Assembly (NCBI RefSeq): GCF_006345805.1 | Contig: NC_043015.1 | Span: forward strand, 30,690,001-30,754,000 | Origin: Octopus sinensis | Taxonomy: Eukaryota | Direction: 5' to 3' | DNA: 64,000 nt | In this document: piece by piece, positions 42,645 through 55,522 of the stretch | Numbering within the stretch: position 1 is the first letter of the stretch | Layout of the letters: the number at the start of each line of letters is the position of its first letter | Program-made: the position numbers and the translations under genes | Notes under the pieces: generated by a model | The model's database searches: none | Told to the model about the DNA's origin: nothing | Seen by the model: the letters and a program-made list of their open reading frames with translations, nothing else

Positions 42645-45529
42645 TATACATATAAAATATATATATATACATATATATGTCCATGTACACGCACACACAT
42701 ATATGTAAAACAAAACAACAAAACTTCTCGTAAACCATTATGAACTGGTAGCACGTAGCACACTTTTGCCTAATTGCTTTAGATGCCTATGTGGCTGCAA
42801 CCAAATATAGACATCCTCTCGGCCTTTGTTGCTCTTGACCCAATGGAGTATCCAGGATGTGACACTTTGTGAAAGAGAAAACTATGCCAGCACTGGGATG
42901 GTATTCATTTTCATTTGTGTAGATTGGAGCAATATGAAATGAAGTACTTCGCTCAAGAACACACAACATGTAGCTTGGTGTTGGGACTGGACCCACAACC
43001 TTATTTTTGCAAGTCCGTCCCCATAACTATAAGGCTACCGGCCTCCACATATGATATATTCATAAGTATGTGTGTTTGACCCTTTAACATTTAAACCGGC
43101 CGTATCCGCCCAAAAGTATTCTGCCTGTTTTATGTTCAAACTGGCCAGATCTGGTCTCTCACACCAACCCTACAATGTCATTTTAAAAATTAACAGCTAC
43201 CTCATCAAAATCTCATCGCTATAAGATAATGCCTGTTTTATTTTCATACTGGCCAGATCTGGTCTCTCACACCAACCCTACAATGTCATTTTAAAAATTA
43301 ACAGCTACCTCATCAAAATCTCATCGCTATAAGATAATGCCTGTTTTATTTTCATACTGGCCAGATCTGGTCTCTCACACCAACCCTACACTATCGATTT
43401 AAAATTTACAGCTACCTCATCAAATTCTCATAGCTACAAGATAATGTATGATTAGTTCAAAACAAAGTGGATGAAAAAGCATTAATTTTGGTAGAATAAT
43501 GCAAACACTAAAGGGTTATATATATGTGTATGTGTGTACAAATATATGCACACACACACACACACATACATACACACGCACACACAGATAGTTATTGAAT
43601 GAGAGTTGTATAATTGATGTACACTCCCGCTATGTTGACACAAGTGTGATAAATGCTTGCCACAAAAACGCATGACATCATTTCGACTGCAATCAGCAAT
43701 CTGAAAGCAAAACGCTGTACAATGTAACCTTGACTGTCTTGCACTAAATATAGAAGTTGTGTACTAAATGCATAACCTTTTGTAACGACCCAAGCCCCTC
43801 CGCTTTTATTAGATATTTTATTATTCATACAGAAAATATATTCGATTCATAAGTACAAAAACGCTCTGCACTCTTTGTATTGAGGATCTTATAAAACCAA
43901 TTTCATGTGCATATACGTATGTGTTGTTGATGATGATGTTGTTGTTTAGCCCAAGGTCAGATCTGATTCAAGTAGACCTCTGATCAATTGACATTCCAAC
44001 AGTGACCATCCATTCTTGTATTCTAACATAGTTTATTTAAGAGTATATTGTCAAATCAAATATACCTTTTTCATTTTACTTGTTTCAGTCACTAGACTGT
44101 GGCCATACTGGGGCACCGCCTCAAGGGATTTTAGTTGAACTAATCAACCCCAGTGCTTAGAATTAATTCACCCTCTCTGTAATGCTAATAAGCAGGAATT
44201 GAGACCCACCTCGTTGTGATTAACAATGGATAAATTTGTCTTCTGTGAGTATGTAATCCCTCATCATATCTCTGGAAATTCATATGTGCTCTATGGATTA
44301 GGTCACCTTCTCTGTGATGCTATTAGAACTTTTTTAAAATTCTGTGATAAGACTGTACATCATCTTTAAAGAACTTTAATGAACTTTGGAAATCTGTTTA
44401 TGTTACTTAATTATCTACATTACTTCATGAGTATAGCCTCAACCACTAGGATGTCTAGAGAACTCACATGTATTTTAGCTGATGAGTACGGGACACGTTT
44501 ATATGCTGTAATTTTTACAACTTTTAATAAAGCCTGTCCTTGTATGAAACGATTGTACTAAAAACCTATCCATTCTTGTTGCTTCTTTCTCGCTTATAAT
44601 CACCCCACATTACTGTATTGTTAAAACAGTATAGTTTTTTTTGGTGCATCTAAGTTAGGTACCATATTCAAGTAAATTCATTTAAATTAACTTGAATCTT
44701 TATTGCTTTTTGTATATATATATATATATATATATATAGCAAGTTTTTTATTATAATTATAATTACTGGTATCCTTATAGATTACTATATTTTATATCTT
44801 ATATCTTATATATAAAGAATAATATGCTCTATGTATGTATGTTATTGTAATTATCAGTTTAGTAAATAAATAAATAAGTTAACATAATTTAATGTCCAAA
44901 AGTTGATGAACCTCCCATTGTTCTCCTCCATTGTCTTATTTGCTATATAAATTAATGGTTAAATATCTCTTTACCTTCACCCATTTTGTACACTGGGTAA
45001 TGTAAGTGCATTGCAATAAAAAACACTTGTGTATTAATAATTGGGTATTCTACCAGCAGTATATTGGATAGATATTATCCCTTAGTGGTTGGATTCACAA
45101 CCCCTAACTTTCTTGGATATATATATATAGCGTAGGCTCGAAACGTTAAAGACTTGTGTTATTTATATTCCTGAGCGCCATACTAATACAATTGTTTGTT
45201 TGTTTTCCACCTGCCTTCGTCTTTTGTCTATTTCATAAAGCTTCCCGTTATATATATATATATATACATACATACATACATATACATATAAATACATACA
45301 TATATATAAGGCGGCGAGCTGGCAGAAACGTTAGCACGGTGGGCGAAATGCCTAGCGGTATTTCGTCTGTCGTTACATTCTGAGTTCAAATTCCGCTGAG
45401 GTCGACTTTGCCTTTCATCCTCTCGGAGTCTATAAATAAAGTACCAGTTTCGCACTGGGGTCAATGTAATTGACTTAATCCCTTTGTCTGCCCTTGTTTA
45501 GCCCCTTGTGGACTGTAAAGAAATAATAC

Positions 45530-45568
<39 letters not shown>

Positions 45569-48500
45569 TATACATATAAAATATATATATATACATATAT
45601 ATGTCCATGTACACGCACACACATATATGTAAAACAAAACAACAAAACTTCTCGTAAACCATTATGAACTGGTAGCACGTAGCACACTTTTGCCTAATTG
45701 CTTTAGATGCCTATGTGGCTGCAACCAAATATAGACATCCTCTCGGCCTTTGTTGCTATTGACCCAATGGAGTATCCAGGATGTGACACTTTGTGAAAGA
45801 GAAAACTATGCCAGCACTGGGATGGTATTCATTTTCATTTGTGTAGATTGGAGCGATATGAAATGAAGTACTTCGCTCAAGAACACACAACATGTAGCTT
45901 GGTGTTGGGACTGGACCCACAATCTTATTTTTGCGAGTCCGTCCCCTTAACTATAAAGGCTACCTGCCTCCACATATGATATATTCATAAGTATGTGTGT
46001 TTGACCCTTTAACATTTAAACCGGCCGTATCCGCCCAAAAGTATTCTGCCTGTTTTATGTTCAAACTGGCCAGATCTGGTCTCTCATACCAACCCTACAA
46101 TATCGTTTTAAAAATTAACAGCTACCTCACCAGAATCTCATCGCTACAAGATAATGCATGATTAGTTCAAAACAAAGTGGATGAAAAAGCATTAATTTTG
46201 GTAGAATAATGCAAACACTAAAGGGTTAAATATATGTGTATGTGTGTACAAATATATGCACACACACACACACACACATACATACACACGCACACACAGA
46301 TAGTTATTGAATGAGAGTTGTATAATTGATGTACACTCCCGCTATGTTGACACAAGTGTGATAAATGCTTGCCACAAAAACGCATGACATCATTTCGACT
46401 GCAATCAGCAATCTGAAAGCAAAATGCTGTACAATGTAACCTTGAGTGTCTTGCACTAAATATAGAAGTTGTGTACTAAATGCATAACCTTTTGTAACGA
46501 CCAAAGCCCCTCCGCTTTTATTAGATATTTTATTATTCATACAGAAAATATATTCGATTCATAAGTACAAAAACGCTCTGCACTCTTTGTATTGAGGATC
46601 TTATAAAACCAATTTCATGTGCATATACGTATGTGTTGTTAATGATGATGTTGTTGTTGTTTAGCCCAAGGTCAGCTCTGAGTCATGTAGACCTGTGATC
46701 AATTGACATTCCAACAGTGACCATCCATTCTTGTATTCTAACATAGTTTATTTAAGAGTATATTGTCAAATCAAATATACCTTTTACATTTTACTTGTTT
46801 CAGTAATTAGATTGTGGCCATCCTGGGGCACCGCCTTAAGGTATTTTAGTTGAACTAATCAACCCCAGTGCTTAGTTTCTTTTTAAGTATGGTACTTATT
46901 CTATCAGTCACTTTTGCCGAACCACTAAGTCACAGGGACGTAAACACACCAACACCAGTTGTCAATCAGTGGGGGGGATACAAAGACACACAAACACATG
47001 CACACACACACACACACAACACACACATATATGATGGGCTTCTTTTGGTTTCTTTCTTCAAAATCTACTCACAAGGCTTTGGTCAAATCAAGGCTATAGT
47101 AGAAGACCACACCGCTCAGCTACATTGATGCTACTGGCTGAGACACACAACATACAACATGAAGTTGGGAACTTACCAAAGCTGTTGAGGGACCGAGGTT
47201 CCTGGCAATACCCGATGAAGTACATCTTGGCTACAACCACTTAAAGAAAAAAAAGGAAAAGGAATAGGAGGGGGGATCACATTTGTTGGTAAAAAGTTAT
47301 ACAAATGCAAAACCAACCACTATCTTATTATATCTACATTGATATTTACAGGAATACAATGGCAAAGAAATGTACTACATAGACAATGGACCATACATGT
47401 ACTCACTCCAATTACTGGTACACCACTACAATATGAGGTCTGATGGACTTCCCTGTTTACTTAAGTACGGTCTGTCAGTAGGTAAGTATCATACAAGAGA
47501 CTCAACTCTATATTCTTCTAAGCTTTCAGCACTCTGCTGATCTTTCAACACCCTCCTGTGCCGTGAATGCTTCTACGCTATGAGCACTACTGCACTATTA
47601 GCATTAGAGTGTGAAGTAGACACTCTATTGTTCACACTCTACTATCTACTATACAGTCAACATTCTATTGTACTCTTTTAATCTTTTACTTGTTTCTGTC
47701 ATTTGACTGCGGCCATGCTGGGTTTTTTACCTAAATCAGAAACAATTAGTGCCATTGTTGTTATTGTTACTATTGTTGTTGTTGTTTTTGTTGTTGCTGT
47801 TAATATTACCATTATAATAAAGGCAGCAAGCTGGCAGAATCATTAGCATGCCAGGCAAAATGCTTAGTGGTAGTTTATCTGTCTTTATGTTCTCGGTTCA
47901 AATTCTGCCAAGGTCAACTTTATAATAATAATAATAATGAAATTATTGTATACAGTGCTCAGGTGCACCACAACTTGTCAGAAAGTGCATATAAAGTATA
48001 TGCAGTAATGTACAAATGTCTGGAAAGCGAACAGTGTATGAGTCAGATACATGCTTGCGTGTGTATGGAGGGGAGAAAATCAGGTGTAGTGTTGGCGAAT
48101 CTCAGGAAGCATGGAAGTTTTGAAGGATGCAGTGCTCCGACAACTAACAACTGTTTCCGAAAGTCATGGAAGCTGTGCTGTTTTCTGACTTTGTAAACAT
48201 GTCCACAGGTGTTAGACAGGTGGAGTTCGAAAAGGTGTTATTGTTAGTAGGATGGTTAATAATTTTATGGGTGTTTGCCTTTCATCTTTTCAAGGTTGAT
48301 GAAATAAGTACCAGTTGAACACTGGGGTTGATGTAATTGACTCATTCTCTCCTCCAAACTTGCTGGCCCTGTGCCAAAATTTGAAATTAATATTACCATT
48401 ATCATAATTTTTGCTTATATTTATTACAGAAGGTGATATCTATGAAATACCAAGGTTAAATAAAAACTTATTACGTTTAAAATCAGAAGATCTAGGTAAA

Positions 48501-50231
48501 CATTTTTCAAATATTTATACATTTGTATTTATTTATAACATCATAGCAAAAATCAGTGTAAAGCTAACCTTAACGAGTGATGTGACGCACACTGCTAAAA
48601 CAGTTGAACATGGTATTGACTTAGAAAAACGTTTAATATAGTTTATATTATATTGTAGTTGCGTAACGGAATCTTTACAAGTCAATATTTACATACCATC
48701 ATCATCATCATCGTTTAACGTCCGTTTTCCATGCTAGCATGGGTTGGAAGGTTCGACCAGAGTCTGGGAAGCCAGGAGGCTGCACCAGGCCCCAGTCTGA
48801 TCTGGCAGTGTTTCTACAGCTGGATGCCCTTCCTAACGCCAACCACTCCGTGAGTGTACTGGGTGCTTTTTACGTGCCACCGGCACGGGGGCCAGAGGAG
48901 GCTGGCAACAGCCATGATTGGTTGGTGCTTTTTACATGCCAGCAACACGGATGCCAAAATACTGCATCCCTACAAGTCAATATTTACATACCATCATCAT
49001 CATCGTTTAACGTCCGTTTTCCATGCTAGCATGGGTTGGACGGTTCGACCGGGGTCTGGGAAACCAGGAGGCTGCACCAGGCTCAGGTCTGATCTGGCAG
49101 TGTTTCTACAGCTGGATGCCCTTCCAAACGCCAACCACTCCAAGAGTGTAGTGGGTGCTTTTTACGTGCCACCAGCACAGGGGCCAGAGGAGGTTGGCAA
49201 CAGCCACGATTGGTTGGTGCTTTGTACATGCCACCGGCATGGACGCCAGTCACAGCAGCACTGGCATCGGCCAAAACTAGTATATCGAATAATGTTACAC
49301 CACTGTATTTAGTGACTGTTTAAGCAATGTGTTCATGGATGACTAAGGGGTTAGATGGGTGCTGATGAAGGAGCAAAACCCCGTAAAATATGGCATGCAT
49401 GCACATTACCCTTATTTTCATCTTCAATCTCATTGCTTGTTTACATCTGACGTCTCAGGATGAAATGCCATACCAAAGATCTGTGCTGGTTATAATTTCT
49501 ATAGAGTACCTGTAGAGATGATCTTAGCAAGTGGTTCTTCCAACGTCCACATCCTCCATCAACAGTACCACTTCTTTTGATACTCTTCCACAACAATAAC
49601 TATTTGGTTAGTCCATATTTTGGATGAATGGAATCAGAGAAGAAATTGTAAAAAAGAACAATTTTAAGAAATTATTTCTGTGGAAATATTAAAAAACATT
49701 TTCTATTCTACTTTTACAGAAGTTCCAGTCCAACGGACAAGGACATCAGTTCCTCTGAGGGTACCTCCACCAGTTCCAGTAAGTCTTATCATAAATTACC
49801 ATGAATGTCATTATCATCATTTCCACTTACCATTTTTATCACCATTCTTATCACAACCATCTCCATGAGGATCATTGTCATCATTGCTGTTGTTGTTGTC
49901 ATCGTCATCATCATCATCATTATTTTCAATTATATTCACCACATTTTAATAATTCTTAAACTCATCTTCTCACCTTTCCTCTTTCTTACTCTCTCTCCCT
50001 CTCACCCACCTTCTGCTCTCCCTCCTTCATCTCTATTTTATATATATATATATATATATATAGGCGCAGGAGTGGCTGTGTCGTAAGTAGCTTGCTAACC
50101 AACCATATGGTTCCGGGTTCAGTCCCACTGCGTGGCATCTTGGGCAAGTGTCTTCTGGCCGACCAAAGCCTTGTGAGTGGATTTGGTAGACAGAAACTGA
50201 AAGAAGCCTGTCGTATATATGTGTATATATA

Positions 50232-50262
<31 letters not shown>

Positions 50263-50415
50263 GGCGCAGGAGTGGCTGTGTCGTAAGTAGCTTGCTAACC
50301 AACCATATGGTTCCGGGTTCAGTCCCACTGCGTGGCATCTTGGGCAAGTGTCTTCTGGCCGACCAAAGCCTTGTGAGTGGATTTGGTAGACAGAAACTGA
50401 AAGAAGCCTGTCGTA

Positions 50416-50492
<77 letters not shown>

Positions 50493-53400
50493 ATAAAATT
50501 TTTAATTAGCACTAAGCTTAAGGACACACAAGGTATCAAACCTGTTTAGAAATAGCAGTCAAAATCCCAAATCCGCCACCAAAAGCACCAAAATATGACA
50601 GAGACAACAGTAAGCAAGGAAACGGTTAACGAATTAAACAATTAAAAACATACCATTAAGGGTTATGTCATTCGGATATTCATGTGCCATGATTTCGGGT
50701 TCTGGCCTGTGGGTCTCAACCCTCATCAGCATGAATTGTTGAGGGAAAATTCTATCGGCATTCTTACTTGTTTTGCACCAAAATCAGCTCACCTTAGTGG
50801 AAATATATTTATGAGTAAAATTTGAATGTAAACATTCGAAGAAAGATGTTATTATTGTTGATATTATCTTTGGTGAATATAAGTAACTGATAATAATAGC
50901 AATAATAATATGGGTGGTTGCAGGAGATTTTGGTACAAAACAAGTCAGAATACTTCGATTATAGCTTTGAAAGAATAAATGTTAAAATCGAACTGCACTC
51001 TTCAAAACTTGCACTAAGAATAAGGCCAAGGTAAAATTACTACCTGCAAGTTGATGCAATTTACCTGTCCACCTCCAGCTTTTAGTTCATGCAATTAGTT
51101 CGTATATATATATATATCTTTATATATAAAAGTGAAGTTGTGTGTCTGTCTCCTACGATTTAGATTCCTAACTACTCCCACATTTTGCGGTGCAGTGTAA
51201 CCAAAACCGGGTATCTTATAGTCGTGATTCATATCGAGCCCTTCTGGGTATTAGCGCGCGTCTACGATGAGTCTACGATTTTAAAAAAAAATTTACCATC
51301 ATTTTTTTCCATTTTAATGCATTTTTCGCTATTATATAAGGGAAGTAACTCTCTAAAAATGTCTACGATGAGTCAACGATTTAAAAAAAAATTTACCATA
51401 ATTTTTTTTCCATTTTTAATGCATTTTTGGCTATGACTCTCTAAAAATGTTTATGTAGTTATTTCCCTTACAAGCCCGAGCAACGCCGGGCGATACTGCT
51501 AGTATATATATATATATGTGAACATTTTCTAAACAAACTTATAAGCACCAGCTGTATCGGTATTCTACAGAAAATAAAGGGATTCTCAAACACAGGTGGA
51601 CTAGGAAGACAGCTTAGAAAACCAGGTAAATACTAGGGCTCGCAAAAAAACCGATAATTCCCCCAAACCGAGTTCAAGTATAAGTAATTCTCAAAACCGG
51701 TTAAAAACCGGTTTTCGCGGGTACTACTTAAGAAGAGTGGTCCCGCTAGCTAGTCGTGACTAGTCGATCCTTACTTTGTGTTTTATTTACTTTGTTTTAA
51801 AAAAATTATTTATTTTGTGTTTTATTTACTTTGCTAGGTAGTCGTTGTAGAATCGACTAGTCACGACTAGCTAGCGCGGATGCGCGAGTGTGCACACCGG
51901 GACCACTCTTCTTAAATAGTACCCGAATTCGTTAGAGATTTCAAATCCATCTGTTACCATCTTGGGCTCTTCATTCATTTTCTTCATTGCGCTTGTTTTA
52001 TTCACGAATGAGTCCATTACCTTCACAAGTAGATGGGACAACAGTAACACTTGTTTTTAGGTTTCCTCCTATTTCATTTTCTTTGTATAATTCTGTTGTG
52101 TTCCCAGCATCATGTTCAGGAAATAATCTCCTATATGTTTGTTCAGCATACTTCCTTAAATGTTGTTTCGTTATAAAAAGAAAAGGTCCAGAAATTGACT
52201 CACCTTTAAATTTCATTGGGTTATATAAATACCTCAAGAGAGTCAAGGTTTCGACATTTCTTCTCTTATTATATCTATGCCCAAGTCTTTCACGAAGATT
52301 TAGAACCAAAGGGTTGCCGACGATATTAGGTTTATTCAATAAAAATTCTAAAGAATATTCCGCTTTCAGTAAACCCGTATCATCAACGCAAATAGCCTTC
52401 AAAATCATTTCTACTGGAAGCAGAATTTCATATAGTAAATTGAGAGATTTCCATTCTTCGTCAGCTTCGGCATCTGTGGAAAGTTCTGCTCGTGGAGCAT
52501 TTGGAATGCAGCTTTTCTATTTCAAAAATCTCTCAATCATATGGAATGTGCCATTCTACCGAGTTCTGCAATCCAGTATAAGTTTATATTCTCTGTTATC
52601 AAAGTTCGCTCGTACAAAATCTTGCGAAATTTCATTTTTTGTAGGAGATTTACGGAAAAGTTTTGAAATATTTCTTACCTTATTTAAAACTCTGTTAAAT
52701 TCAAGTTTTAGCTGGGGAAAACAAGCATTTTCGTGAGCCAAATCTGTTTGACAAAGTATGTCTTGTTGGCTTATGTCAGCTTCGTCATCACTGTCGTCTG
52801 TTATGGCGATCACTGTCGTCTGTTATAGCGATCTCTTCACTTTTTTTTATAAAAAAATCTGGAACTGGTTATTACATATGCTCAACGGGAAAGATCACCC
52901 GACTGAAAACTAACAGCATTCCCTTGACTTGCTATGAATAAACTCTGTTACCTGCAAGTTCAAAGAGTCAGCCGGGGGTTACCGAAGATGACAAGGAGCT
53001 GATCTAAGGTTCATGGGGAAAGAAGGTGAGAATTGATATGTTGCGATACGTTTCAACGAAACAGACAGCACTCTCAACTAAAGGCGACCGACAACAGTTC
53101 AGTTAGTTCAGTTTCAACGATATTTCTTCAAAAGAAAAAATGGAGAAATGTTTTGTGAAAAAAAAAAGTAGAAACAGCGGATCTTTTCACTTTGATCGGC
53201 GCATTTAAAAAAATAGTTATTTGTAACTAAACACTTTTAAACTTCGTATACTGATAGAATGTGTTATATAAAACATCTTTTATTGAAAAGATCCGAAACA
53301 GCAAGCCTTAATCGATTTTGGCAAATCGGTTTCGGTTTTACTGATCATAATATAAAACCGGTTTCGGTTTCGAGGCCTAGTAAATAGAAAATAGAAAAAA

Positions 53401-55465
53401 GTGGCCAGCAAGCCTCCACAGGGAATCAAAACCTGCACCTCTCAAAATTCCAGCCAAGTGCTCTGTACCATTAAGCTAAATGACCGCTGGCAACAGATAC
53501 TGCTTTTTTATAATGCTGAGTAATAGCTTTTGGAATGTGAGAACATTTTAATAAACAAACTTGTGTGTGTGTTTATGTTTATACACATACATACCTGACA
53601 GGCTTCTTTCTACGAAATCTACTCACATGGTGTCATGCAGTGTGACTGAACCTGAAACTACATGGTTGTGAAGCAAACTTCTAATCACAGCCATGTCTTT
53701 ATACATTGTATTTACTATCCAAAACATCTGTTATATGCTTCATAAAAACTTTATGTTTTTTTTCTTTTTCCTGTAAATTCAGCCTCCAGTTCCACCCACC
53801 TCACAACCCGAACATACAGAAACAAATTTCCATTTCATTGACTTCAGAGACATCAAGAAAGGTCAGTTCTTCAGTGTATTCCTTAATCCACATTGTAACT
53901 CCCAAACCTTCACTGCACTCCTAAATCTTAACCCTTTAGTTTTCAGATTACTCTGTTAAATGCAATACTTTTTCACTCAAATTGTTTTTAATTAATCATG
54001 CATTATCTTATAGCTTTGAGGTTTCAATGATATGATTGTTCATTTTTAGAATGTCATTGTAGGTTAGGTGTGAGAGGCCTGATCTGGTCAGTTTAAACAT
54101 AAAATAGGTAGAAAACTTTGGCCGGATATGGCCAGTTTAAACACTAAAGGGTTAAAATAAACTCTCAAACTTTACTCACAGCAGTAAGTAGATTTGACTG
54201 CTATTTCATAATGCTTTTCCATGTGGTTATTGGTTTGTTTAACCACATGGTCAGACCTCTGCTTCAGCATCTTGAGAAATATATTATTCATGATAGCCGT
54301 CTGTGTATCTAGCAGTAGATTGGACATGTAGCATGCATGCCCGACATCTGATTCTCTAAAACAACAAAATAATAAATTGGGCTTCCACAATAGTATTTTA
54401 AGAGCCCCTGAAAAAGTTTCGCTTTAGATGTATGCATTGCAAGAAACAAATAGATTTCTTTCTCTAACATTTTACATGGATCTTTTCAGTTTGAACAGCA
54501 GTTTTTTAAAATAATTTCCACGTAACTAAACACTTTTAAACTTCGTATGCTGGTAGAATATGTTTATAAAACATCTTTTCCTCTCAGCTTTATTGAGAAA
54601 ATTCTATAGTTTGTAAGATATTTGTTTTTGCTTTTCTTCAATTTCTGCAATTTCAACCAATGAATGACGTCTATTGAGGTGAAAACATTCTGTGCCGTAT
54701 GAATATGTCCCTCATTTAAGAAACAGATTGGGTTTATTTACATTTGTGAAGAAAAAAAGATACCCTTCCCCCCACCCCTAACCCTAAAACAGATTGAAAT
54801 GCAATAGATCGATACTAGGGTCATAATTATGGGTGACAATTTCATATGACACCGCTAGAAAAAACTGCCGTTCAAACCGAAAAGATCCTTTGACATAGAT
54901 CAACTGACATGAACTAATGTGTGAAAAACAAAATAAGAATTTCCAAAGTTTCATTAAAATTAGTTTTTAAACACCAAATGGCTATGGGGGTCCACCAGAA
55001 TAAAAAATGTAATCAAAGTGGTCCACATAGATAAAAAAAAATGGTTGAGAACCCCTGCTCCAACCAGATCGTCTTTGATGAACTATCAGTTGCTGAAGAT
55101 CACTTGCTGTGGTGTTGTGCTGTGTGCTTTAGAATACAACACTTGGAGTTGAAATAATCAGGAAAGCTAAAGAGAGGATGGCTGCCTGGAAAGCAAGGGT
55201 TCGACCGAGTCCTAACTCTGCTGTTGTATTATCACATCATTGAAATCTTGAAGTTACGAGATCATACAGGATAAATTCAAAATGAGGTAGGCGCAGGAGT
55301 TGCTGTGTGGTAAGTAGCTTGCTAAACAACCACATGGTTCCGGGTTCAGTCCCACTGCGTGGCATCTTGGGCAAGTGTCTTCTGCTATAGCCCCGGGCCG
55401 ACCAATGCCTTGTGAGTGGATTTGGTAGACAGAAACTGAAAGAAGCCTGTCGTATATATGTATAT

Positions 55466-55522
<57 letters not shown>

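Larger units (their letters stand above)
41764..46874. repeat. tandem segmental duplication (41764-44160 and 44737-46874) separated by the Penelope-like fragment
   Basis: Both copies start GCAAGTTTTTTATTATAATTATAATTAC and end CCCCAGTGCTTAG. Copy 1 has a 108-bp internal triplication at 43141-43440. Confidence 0.92.

Noticed and set aside
49355-49400. CTGATGAAGG..CC hammerhead-like motif
   Set aside because: GAAA is replaced by GTAAA and there is no convincing stem I or III; at best a fossil.
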